From Schleiferiaceae bacterium (GTDB taxonomy: Bacteria; Bacteroidota; Bacteroidia; Flavobacteriales; Schleiferiaceae), in NCBI GenBank assembly GCA_029248145.1, contig JAQWJX010000061.1:1-57395 (forward strand): a stretch of DNA of 57,395 nucleotides. Direction: 5' to 3'. Shown here in pieces: positions 28,001-39,759 of this stretch. Within the stretch, counting starts at the first letter, position 1. The number at the start of each line of letters is the position of its first letter. Position numbers and translations under genes: made by a program. The notes under the pieces are model-generated. The model was given only the letters and a program-made list of their open reading frames with translations, ran no database searches and had not been told where the DNA came from.

Positions 28001-28768
28001 TTAATGTATCAATTTACGTAAATCTTCGAGGCGCCCACTATTCGGAAACGCTTCTTCAAAATCATTTAATGCAGTCTTCGCCTCTGTAAATCGCTCGTTT
28101 TGAAGCGATTCTAAACTATTGTTTGCCAATTTAAACGCAGCTAATGTTTTGTAATACAGTGCATCCTCACGGTATGGTGTATCAGGATATTCACTTACTG
28201 TAGTTGTAAACGCAGTCATTGCAGCTTTGTACTGTCGGGTTTTGAAATATTGATAAGCTATTTCATAACTCTTGAGTTCCAACTTACTTCTTAGCTCCTC
28301 CATGTAGTTATTACAGTCCTCTAGCTTATCTGAATTTGGGTGTGTATTGATGTACAACTGTATTTCATTGATGGCTTTAAAAGTATAGGCCTGATCTAGG
28401 CTGTGTTTAGGTGCCTCTAAATAGTAACAATATGCGGTGAGGTATGCTGCTTCATCTGCTTGTTCATTCTGAGGGAACGTCTTGTAAAAGTTCTTGAAAT
28501 GGTAACCAGCGAGAATATAGTTCTTTTGTAAATACAAGGTGTGTGCATAATAAAAATAGACCTCCTGCGCCTTATGAGTACCACGGTACAGTGCGATTAA
28601 TTCATCAAAGATTGGGTAGGCCTTATTATATTCTCCTGCATCGTAGTATTCTACGGCTTTCGAGAATTTATAATCAAGGTCTTTGCTCTTTAGAACCTCC
28701 TGATATTCGCCACAACTCGTTAAAAATAGTGCGAACAATATGTATGTTGCTAGTCTAATTAATTTCAT
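28001..28768 (-). CDS. bamD: Outer membrane protein assembly factor BamD (TPR lipoprotein)
   Basis: Lipobox LFLTSCG and TPR-like repeats throughout. Conserved position next to rpoZ. Confidence 0.7.
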   Translation of the reverse strand: MKLIRLATYILFALFLTSCGEYQEVLKSKDLDYKFSKAVEYYDAGEYNKAYPIFDELIALYRGTHKAQEVYFYYAHTLYLQKNYILAGYHFKNFYKTFPQNEQADEAAYLTAYCYYLEAPKHSLDQAYTFKAINEIQLYINTHPNSDKLEDCNNYMEELRSKLELKSYEIAYQYFKTRQYKAAMTAFTTTVSEYPDTPYREDALYYKTLAAFKLANNSLESLQNERFTEAKTALNDFEEAFPNSGRLEDLRKLIH

Positions 28769-28775
28769 GAACGGG

Positions 28776-28783
28776 CAAAGATA
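28776..28783 (-). promoter_or_regulatory. Candidate -7 promoter box (TATCTTTG on the minus strand) for bamD
   Basis: Plus-strand CAAAGATA. Matches TAnnTTTG 7 nt upstream of the bamD ATG, which implies a very short leader. Confidence 0.35.
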
Positions 28784-29020
28784 CGATTTTTAGTGAAGTT
28801 GGAGAGCGGAAATCTCGCTCAAAGTCATACCATTATTAGTGTTGTCTAAAATACACGGAACCAACTCTTCTGTGAAGCCCGGCCAAGGTCTTTTAACAGA
28901 ATTTTCTAATTAAAATTGGAACGCTATTGTATGATCGTCACTTTCTTCCAAATAGTTAGAAGATTAAAAGACTGAGTTAAACTGACTTAGTATAAGACCA
29001 AGGATTTAATGAACAACGAA

Positions 29021-29909
29021 TTAGGACAGGTTAAGAATTTCTAAACTCGCAGCTAATGTATTCTTGAGATCATCCGAGGCTTCTACTAGAGGCAGGCGTA
29101 CAGTAGCGTGTGTGATGCCTCTTGCTTCTAATAGTGCTTTTATACCGGCGGGGTTACCTTCCTCAAACAATTGGTTTGTTAAGTCATAAATACTTAAATG
29201 AGCGTCACGAGCTTCGTTCCACCGTCCCTCGTTCATATGTTTAAACATAGCGCAAAAGACTTCAGGTACTCCTTGTCCACTTACTGAAATTACACCATCT
29301 GCACCCAAGGCCATCATTGCAAACGTGAGGTTGTCATCTCCAGATAGTACTTGGAACTCTACAGGTCTTTCGAGCAATATTTCCGTGATTTGATCCAGGT
29401 TGCCACTAGCCTCTTTAATAGCTACGATATTGCCAAAATCCTTGGCAAGGCGAATGGTGGTTTGTGCACTGATATTACTGCTGGTCCTTCCAGGAACGTT
29501 ATACACGATTATTGGTAAATGGCTTGCAGCGCTTAGGGCGGCATAGTGCTGGTAAATTCCTTCTTGAGAGGGTTTATTGTAGTAAGGACTAGCACTGAGT
29601 ATGGCCGAAACACCTTCCGTATCGAAAGCGTTTAACTCCTCAACCAAGGCATTTGTATTATTTCCGCCGATACCGAAAATAATGGGAATCCTGCCAGCAG
29701 TAATTTTTAGTACAAACTGCAGAATACGTTGCTTTTCACCAGCAGTTAAGACTGGGTTTTCTGCAGTAGTGCCATTAACAACAAAATAGTTCACTCCATT
29801 CGAAATACAGTGTTCTAACAATCGCTCTAGTGCTGAGTAATCCACAGTTTGGCTATCATCACGATGAAATGGGGTAATCAGTGCTACACCGACTCCAGAA
29901 AGATCTATT

Positions 29910-29917
<8 letters not shown>
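29021..29917 (-). CDS. dapA: 4-hydroxy-tetrahydrodipicolinate synthase
   Basis: GVGVALITPF, VVNGTTAENPVLT, YNVPGRT, and the Schiff-base Lys in VAIKEASG. Confidence 0.95.
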
Positions 29918-33212
<3,295 letters not shown>

Positions 33213-33251
33213 CTCTGCCGAAAATACGACTTGCACCACTACCTTTGTCCT

Positions 33252-34259
33252 ATGTCTCACGCCAAGTTTCTCACACGTTGCTTACAATTGGCCAACTATG
33301 CCAAGGGCAGTACCGCTCCTAATCCTATGGTCGGTGCGGTTATCGTGCACAATGGAGTAATAATTGGCGAAGGATACCACCATAAAGCCGGTGAACCACA
33401 CGCAGAAGTCATGGCTATCAGAAGTGTAAAAGACCCATCACTACTCATTACTAGCACTTTGTATTGCAGTTTAGAACCTTGCGCGCATTATGGCCAAACG
33501 CCTCCTTGTAGCCTGTTGATAACGGATAGTCGTATACCTAGGGTGGTTATAGGTTGCTCTGATAGTAATGCACTTGTAAATGGTAAAGGAATCAAACACC
33601 TACAGTCCCACGGCGTAGAAGTGTTGTTTTCTGAGGATCCCACTCCTTTTCGACAGTTAAATGAAGTGTTCTTTCGTAATAAGGAGGACAAAAGACCTTT
33701 TGTAACGTGTAAATGGGCGCAATCCATGGATGGATACCTGGACAGAAACCGTACAATAAATGATCAAGCTTCATTAATATCTGGCCCTCTAGCCGCTGTC
33801 AAATCTCATCAGTTACGTTCTGCAGTTGATGGTATCCTCATTTCTGCAAAAACATTAAACTGGGATCGGCCATCGCTTTCAACGCGCCATTATCATGGCA
33901 CGAACCCACGACCTGTAATACTGGTGAATCGCATTTTACCAGATCCGTCAGCATTGGATAATTTAGCCACTGCTCCACTCTTTGTTGGAAATGTATCTGA
34001 GCTAGAAGGGGATAAAATCATTTGCGATCCGTACGAGATTGTGCAGTGGCTTCCGGAACTCTTGAACCATGGTATACAACATATTTTAGTGGAAGGCGGA
34101 GGTCGAGTGCTTCAATCCTTTATTGATTCGGGTACAGTCGATCAGTGGCACCGTTTTACTTCCAAAGAGGCCATTAATGAGGGAATTCCTGCGCCAGAGT
34201 CAAACCATAATTTACAGGCGGCACATAAATTAGGAAAAGATCGTTATGAGCGAGGTTAG
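33252..34259 (+). CDS. ribD: Bifunctional riboflavin biosynthesis deaminase/reductase
   Basis: Deaminase zinc motifs HAEVMAI and PCAHYGQTPPC, with a C-terminal RibD_C reductase domain (ILVEGGGRVLQSF). I chose the ATG at 33252 because the track start is TTG. Confidence 0.9.
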   Translation: MSHAKFLTRCLQLANYAKGSTAPNPMVGAVIVHNGVIIGEGYHHKAGEPHAEVMAIRSVKDPSLLITSTLYCSLEPCAHYGQTPPCSLLITDSRIPRVVIGCSDSNALVNGKGIKHLQSHGVEVLFSEDPTPFRQLNEVFFRNKEDKRPFVTCKWAQSMDGYLDRNRTINDQASLISGPLAAVKSHQLRSAVDGILISAKTLNWDRPSLSTRHYHGTNPRPVILVNRILPDPSALDNLATAPLFVGNVSELEGDKIICDPYEIVQWLPELLNHGIQHILVEGGGRVLQSFIDSGTVDQWHRFTSKEAINEGIPAPESNHNLQAAHKLGKDRYERG

Positions 34260-34857
34260 CGATCAATATTACAGCGTTGAACTACCGTCAAAAGGTGTTT
34301 TTAAGTCAAAGGGGAGTAAATTCTATGGCTACCTCTTTCACTGCGTAGATGAAGAAAGTTTCAAGGTCCAATTGGATTTTATTAAAACACAAGAACCTAG
34401 TGCTCGCCACTATTGTTGGGCCCTTCGTATACACCCAGAGGCTATAATGGAGCGCAGTTCTGACGACGGAGAACCTGCGCATACTGCGGGAACACCAATC
34501 CTACGTACATTAATAAGTCATGAATTAGTAAACATAGGATGTGTAGTCGTACGTTACTTTGGCGGCACTAAGCTTGGTGTGCCTGGACTGATAGAAGCCT
34601 ATGGTTCAGCAACAGAGGACTCAATTCGCGAAAATATCAGAATAGAAAAACGGGTGACTAAGCAACTAAAACTTCAATTCTCTTACGATCAATTGTCGTT
34701 TGTGGAGCGAATAGTTAAACAAGCCGAACTCCATGTGGTTGAAAGAAAACAAGGATTATCTTTAGCGTATACCCTGGAGGTGGTGCAAAGTCAATATGAA
34801 GAAATACAGGACCAATTTGAAAATAATCATCACATTACTCTTCTTCCTAGCAGTTAA
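34246..34857 (+). CDS. YigZ / IMPACT-family protein (UPF0029)
   Basis: KGSKFYGYLF, DDGEPAHTAG and VVVRYFGGTKLG blocks. Confidence 0.75.
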   Translation: MSEVSDQYYSVELPSKGVFKSKGSKFYGYLFHCVDEESFKVQLDFIKTQEPSARHYCWALRIHPEAIMERSSDDGEPAHTAGTPILRTLISHELVNIGCVVVRYFGGTKLGVPGLIEAYGSATEDSIRENIRIEKRVTKQLKLQFSYDQLSFVERIVKQAELHVVERKQGLSLAYTLEVVQSQYEEIQDQFENNHHITLLPSS

Positions 34858-36385
34858 CACTTCTTTTAGTCAGGAGCTTACCACGCGATCGTTTTTTAAA
34901 ACGACAACGCCTTATGCTACGTATGAACGTTTCCATTATCTCCTAGACGGACATTTACTCTTAGAAGAACAATTCTTACAAGTCAGAGACGAGACTGGAA
35001 AATTATTAAAGTCACAATCGACCTTAGACTTTAATAAACGTGCGAGATTGCCGGATGAAGTCACCTCTTCTTTGATTTATCATGACAACAGGTGGTTTGA
35101 AGTTATACCAGATACCCTCTTAGATGGGTCACTCCATGCAATCAGGTATATTACTCCTGATGGTATACTTATACTTGAGCGAGACCTAACAGTTCATTAC
35201 AATGACACGACCGTTCCGGTAAGAGTTTTTAGCCCGGATCCGCTCACCCCCTACAATCTAACGTATGGTGGCATTTATAAAGATCTTAACGATGCGAACG
35301 GTACTGTACTAGATTCTCTAACCATTATTGACACACTCACTGTTGATAGGATTGCGGATACAACTTTTCTACGCAACGAGTATATAGCCATTGTGGATTT
35401 TGATGCACCCTATATATTACCAAGCACCTCACCGCAAGATTGGACCGGTGGAAGAACGGCCCCTGAATTTGAACAAGTAATGTGCGTATACCACGTTTCA
35501 GCACTTTCGAGGTATTTGAATACTTTGGGATATGGTACTATCATGAGCTATACAATCCACGCAGATGCACATGCTCTGAATGGGCAAGACAATAGTATGT
35601 TTAATTACGGCTATTCCCCACCCCGACTGTATTTTGGTGAAGGCGGTGTTGATGATGCTGAAGATGCCGATGTCATTATTCACGAATTCGGTCATGCCAT
35701 ATCACACGGTGCGGCACCAGGGACAAACTTAGGTATGCAGCGAAGAAGTTTTGATGAAGCCTTTGGGGATTATTTAGCAGAACGGCACGGTAGACGCATG
35801 GGTATATCGAGTACGCGAGTATTTGACTGGGACGGTAATAACGAATTTTGGAACGGCAGAAGCGTATCCTACGATGGTGTAAAAAACTATAATCAGCTTG
35901 TTTTTAGCTCCATCTACCAGCACACAGATATTATGTCTAGCGCAATGTTAGAGTTTAGTTCAAATCCAAATGTAGGTGGAAGCGTTGCGGATAAAATTAT
36001 TTTAGAGGGAGTTCATTCTATAATGCCAAATCAAACATTAAGACAAATTGCGCAAAACTTCATTTGGGCCGATTCTTTACTTTTTAATGGCTCGCACTAC
36101 AATGCCCTTACATTGTCCTTCGGTGCTCCTAAGAACATTCTTACAGCTACAGCATTGGACGAATCTACCGCGATTACTCAAAAGGAGCATATTGTGCAAA
36201 GCGAATTTGGAAGAATTTTAAAAACTGATGAAGGTAAACCAGCAATGATTAGTTGTTTTAACTGGACGGGGCAGCTTTTATGGTCGAAAGCTACAACAGG
36301 GATTCTAACGCTTCCGGAACGCACATCGGGCATACTAGAAATTCATTATGCTACAGGGGAATTTGTCTACATTAAGACAAATTAG
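34796..36385 (+). CDS. Secreted thermolysin-clan (gluzincin) zinc metalloprotease candidate, possible T9SS cargo
   Basis: Signal peptide MKKYRTNLKIIITLLFFLAVNTSFSQ. HEFGH followed 21 residues later by EAFGDY (HExxH...ExxxD spacing as in the M4/M36 families). The beta-rich C-terminal ~70 aa resembles a T9SS sorting domain. Confidence 0.55.
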   Translation: MKKYRTNLKIIITLLFFLAVNTSFSQELTTRSFFKTTTPYATYERFHYLLDGHLLLEEQFLQVRDETGKLLKSQSTLDFNKRARLPDEVTSSLIYHDNRWFEVIPDTLLDGSLHAIRYITPDGILILERDLTVHYNDTTVPVRVFSPDPLTPYNLTYGGIYKDLNDANGTVLDSLTIIDTLTVDRIADTTFLRNEYIAIVDFDAPYILPSTSPQDWTGGRTAPEFEQVMCVYHVSALSRYLNTLGYGTIMSYTIHADAHALNGQDNSMFNYGYSPPRLYFGEGGVDDAEDADVIIHEFGHAISHGAAPGTNLGMQRRSFDEAFGDYLAERHGRRMGISSTRVFDWDGNNEFWNGRSVSYDGVKNYNQLVFSSIYQHTDIMSSAMLEFSSNPNVGGSVADKIILEGVHSIMPNQTLRQIAQNFIWADSLLFNGSHYNALTLSFGAPKNILTATALDESTAITQKEHIVQSEFGRILKTDEGKPAMISCFNWTGQLLWSKATTGILTLPERTSGILEIHYATGEFVYIKTN

Positions 36386-36788
36386 AAAATAACGAAGCGA
36401 GTTCCTCCGGACAGCTTTTCGGTTTAAATGTGATTTTATCTACGAACACGAGCACTACTTTACCTGAAACTAAAGTATCCCCTTTTTTATCTTTTAAGAT
36501 GTGGTAAAATGATATCTTCCTTGTTGGAAATTCATTTATAGAGGTCTCTAATTGTACTTCTTCATCGTATTTTGCACCTCTTTTAAAATCGATACTCATG
36601 TGAACCACAGGCAGCATCGTACCGTCTGCTTCAAGCTGTGCGTACGAAACCCCCAATCTTCGTAATAATTCGACGCGACCTACCTCAAAATATGCAGCGT
36701 AATTTCCATAATACACTACACCCATTTGATCCGTCTCTGAATACCTGGGTCGAAAGCTATGTGTGTCTTTAATTTCTACATGTTTCAT
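36372..36788 (-). CDS. Acyl-CoA thioesterase, 4HBT/YbgC hotdog fold
   Basis: RPRYSETDQMGVVYYGNYAAYFEVGRVELLR. I chose the ATG at 36786-36788 (MKHVEIKD) because the track start at 36890 is TTG. Confidence 0.8.
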   Translation of the reverse strand: MKHVEIKDTHSFRPRYSETDQMGVVYYGNYAAYFEVGRVELLRRLGVSYAQLEADGTMLPVVHMSIDFKRGAKYDEEVQLETSINEFPTRKISFYHILKDKKGDTLVSGKVVLVFVDKITFKPKSCPEELASLFSNLS

Positions 36789-37122
36789 AGTCACTAAATT
36801 AGATCGCATAGTTTTGTTAACGCAGCGTAAACGAAGCTCGACATTGAGATTTTTGAACAATTCGGGAAACGCATGGTAATTTATACTCAAAAATTTTGGG
36901 CGTTTATACTAAGTGTTGATAATCAATGTGTTACATCTTCCCTTAAGCAAAACTTTTTATTAACACAATAGCAAATAAATTTTTTTCAATCAGAATTTAT
37001 GAACACATTTGCTATGCAGTCAACAAGATGATTACACTCTTCGATTGCCGCCCGAAAAGTTTACTAATACACACAACACTATTCCAAGTTTGAACAGCCT
37101 TGGGATAAGAGAAATTTCGACC
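36789..37122. other. Candidate oriC / dnaA control region
   Basis: 334-bp AT-rich non-coding spacer directly upstream of dnaA. Three boxes fit TTATnAACA: TGTTGATAA at 36914-36922 (reverse), TTATTAACA at 36957-36965, TTATGAACA at 36997-37005. Weaker boxes lie at 36881-36889 and 36904-36912. AAATAAATTTTTTTCAAT is a possible unwinding tract. Confidence 0.45.
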
Positions 37123-38556
37123 ATGGAGAAAAGCGTTAATGATGTCTGGAATGAAGCCTTGCAATTTATTCAAGACAACGTTGATGACCAGTGCTACAGC
37201 ACCTGGTTTGAACCTATAAAACCAGTAAAACTTCAAACAAATATCATCACTGTTCAGGTACCTTCAAAGTTCTTTTACGAATACCTCGAGGAGCACTACA
37301 TTCAACTGTTGAAAGCTGCTATTACCAAATCTTTAAGTCAAGATGCAAAATTAGTATACAGCATCGTGCTTGAAAACGCCTATGGCAATGCACAAGCTCC
37401 AACAATGAAGCTACCTAGTAGCGGTCGCAAAAAGCACCCTCGTCAAAGCGTTAATATGCCGATGAAGATTGGGAATGATAAGGAAATTAAAAATCCATTC
37501 GTCATACCGGGTTTGCAAAAACTGAATATTGATTCCCAATTGAATCCTAACTACAGCTTTGAGAACTTTATCGAAGGGGATTGCAATAGACTAGCTAGAT
37601 CTGCAGGCTATGCAGTTAGTAAGAACCCTGGTGGAACTTCGTTTAACCCACTCATGCTTTACGGAGGAGTAGGTTTAGGGAAAACCCATCTAGCCCATGC
37701 CATTGGGGTTGAAATTAAGGACAACTACCCAGAGAAAACTGTGCTCTATGTGAGTGCCGAAAAATTTACGCAGCAGTTTATTGATAGTATCCGAAACAAT
37801 ACCAAAAACGATTTCGTTCATTTCTATCAAATGATTGACGTTCTAGTTATTGATGACGTTCAAAGTTTCTCTGGGAAGGAGAAGACACAAGACGTATTCT
37901 TTGAGATCTTTAACCACCTCCATCAAAATGGTAAGCAGATCATTTTAACATCAGTTCGTGCACCAGTTGAGCTCCAGGGAATGGAACAACGTCTATTAAG
38001 TCGCTTTAAGTGGGGCTTGAGTGCAGATCTTCAAAAGCCAGGTCTTGAGACGCGTGTTGCTATTTTAGGCAAGAAGCTTTACAACGATGGTATTGAGATT
38101 GAGCAAGATATTATTGAATACATCGCTTACTCGATAAACTCCAACATCAGAGAACTCGAAGGCGCTCTCATTAGCATACTTGCGCAAAGCAGCTTGAATA
38201 AAAAGCAGATTACCATTGAGCTCGTTAAATCCATGGTCGATAAATTCGTAAAAAGTACCACGCGTGAGATCTCAATCGATTTTATTCAGAAGGTGGTTTG
38301 CGATTATTTCGATATGCCACTAGAATTACTAAAATCAAAGACTCGTAAACGCGAGATTGTTCAAGCGAGACAGCTCAGCATGTATTTCTCAAAGCAGCTC
38401 ACAAAAAATAGTCTTGCCAGTATCGGTCAACAGTGTGGAAATAAGGATCATGCTACTGTTCTTCATGCATGTAGAACAGTTAATAATTTGAAAGAAACGG
38501 ATAAACGTTTTCGTACGTATGTTGACGATTTACAAAAACGTCTCACACTCGCTTAA
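37123..38556 (+). CDS. dnaA: Chromosomal replication initiator protein DnaA
   Basis: N-terminus MEKSVNDVWNEALQFIQ, Walker A GGVGLGKTHL, Walker B VLVIDDVQ, and C-terminal DNA-binding domain (REIVQARQLSMYF...DHATVLHA). I chose the ATG at 37123. Confidence 0.95.
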   Translation: MEKSVNDVWNEALQFIQDNVDDQCYSTWFEPIKPVKLQTNIITVQVPSKFFYEYLEEHYIQLLKAAITKSLSQDAKLVYSIVLENAYGNAQAPTMKLPSSGRKKHPRQSVNMPMKIGNDKEIKNPFVIPGLQKLNIDSQLNPNYSFENFIEGDCNRLARSAGYAVSKNPGGTSFNPLMLYGGVGLGKTHLAHAIGVEIKDNYPEKTVLYVSAEKFTQQFIDSIRNNTKNDFVHFYQMIDVLVIDDVQSFSGKEKTQDVFFEIFNHLHQNGKQIILTSVRAPVELQGMEQRLLSRFKWGLSADLQKPGLETRVAILGKKLYNDGIEIEQDIIEYIAYSINSNIRELEGALISILAQSSLNKKQITIELVKSMVDKFVKSTTREISIDFIQKVVCDYFDMPLELLKSKTRKREIVQARQLSMYFSKQLTKNSLASIGQQCGNKDHATVLHACRTVNNLKETDKRFRTYVDDLQKRLTLA

Positions 38557-38581
38557 AAAAACAGTTTAACGAATGTTTTAG

Positions 38582-38611
38582 AGTCAGTATCTTAGGGTAC
38601 TGACTTTTTTA
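38582..38611 (+). terminator. Intrinsic terminator after dnaA
   Basis: 8-bp stem AGTCAGTA (38582-38589) / TACTGACT (38598-38605) with an 8-nt loop, followed by a T6 run. Confidence 0.7.
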
Positions 38612-38614
38612 TTT

Positions 38615-39058
38615 ATGAAAATTCTCATGGTTTGTTTGGGCAATATATGCCGATCCCCCCTCGCTCAGGGCATAATGGAAAACTATGCGCCTAACGATTG
38701 GCACATAGATTCCGCTGGTACCTCGGGTTGGCATGCTTCTGAACGCCCGGATACAAGGAGTATTTTGATTGCTAAAGAGCGCGGAATTACGATCGACCAG
38801 CAACGTTCTCGTCAAGTGACAGTAGAAGATTTCGAAGTTTTTGATATCATCTTTGCAATGGACAGTTCTAACCATTCGAATCTAATTCAACGGGCTCCTG
38901 ATGAATCAGCTAAAAATAAAGTCCGGCTTTTATTAAATGAGGCCTATCCCGGTGAAAATCGCCAAGTACCTGACCCCTACACTGGAGGACAAGAAGGCTT
39001 TTTTCACGTTTACGAGCTTCTCGAAGAAGCTATTCAATCTTTTTTAAGAGCGCACTAA
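38615..39058 (+). CDS. Low-molecular-weight protein-tyrosine phosphatase
   Basis: P-loop CLGNICRSP (CX5R-S) near the N-terminus and the DPY motif (VPDPYTG). Confidence 0.9.
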   Translation: MKILMVCLGNICRSPLAQGIMENYAPNDWHIDSAGTSGWHASERPDTRSILIAKERGITIDQQRSRQVTVEDFEVFDIIFAMDSSNHSNLIQRAPDESAKNKVRLLLNEAYPGENRQVPDPYTGGQEGFFHVYELLEEAIQSFLRAH

Positions 39059-39753
39059 TGGCTGCTATATACTTACTTCCAAACACACTAGGGCAGGATA
39101 ATTTTGATACAATTCTACCAAAAGATGTAGTGGCTATTGTGGATAGTCTGACCTACTTTATTGTTGAAAATGAAAAAACTGCTCGTGCATACATTAAGCG
39201 TTTATTGCCTGATAAAAACCAGCGTGAGTTGAGACTCGAGATTCTCGATAAGCAGACTGATCCTCTAGATTTACCTGGATTTTTAGATCCTATTAAAAAT
39301 GGACATTCCATTGGAATTCTGTCCGAGGCAGGAGTACCTTGTGTCGCCGACCCTGGTGCAACGATTGTTAGTATCGCACATCGTAAAGGAATTGAGGTTC
39401 GTCCATGTGTAGGCCCTTCTTCGATTCTCTTAGCGCTAATGGCGAGTGGATTTAATGGGCAACAATTTGCCTTCAGTGGCTATTTGCCGCACGATCGACC
39501 TATTCGCAAGAGAGTGTACCAAGCCATGCAAAAGGATATACGAGACGGCATTACACAGATCTTCATGGAAACACCCTATCGCAATGGGAAACTATTGGAA
39601 GAGTTGATGAATACCCTGCATCCGGAAACGAAGCTTTGTATTGCTGTAGATATTACTTTAGATAGTGAGTATATTAAAACTCAAACGGTCGCGAAATGGA
39701 GTTTAGAACATCCTGATCTGCATAAACGCCCCGCGATTTTTTTGATAGACTAA
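39058..39753 (+). CDS. SAM-dependent methyltransferase, tetrapyrrole-methylase/RsmI-like fold
   Basis: SEAGVPCVADPG and the FMETPYRN block. 1-nt overlap with the upstream gene. Confidence 0.65.
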   Translation: MAAIYLLPNTLGQDNFDTILPKDVVAIVDSLTYFIVENEKTARAYIKRLLPDKNQRELRLEILDKQTDPLDLPGFLDPIKNGHSIGILSEAGVPCVADPGATIVSIAHRKGIEVRPCVGPSSILLALMASGFNGQQFAFSGYLPHDRPIRKRVYQAMQKDIRDGITQIFMETPYRNGKLLEELMNTLHPETKLCIAVDITLDSEYIKTQTVAKWSLEHPDLHKRPAIFLID

Positions 39754-39759
39754 GTCGAT

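Noticed and set aside
28861-28895. GAAGCCCGGCCAAGG segment that looked faintly like an SRP or RNase P conserved core
   Set aside because: It lacks the GGAAG...AGCAGC SRP motif and the GGAAAGTCCGGGC RNase P motif. The spacer is also too short for RNase P.
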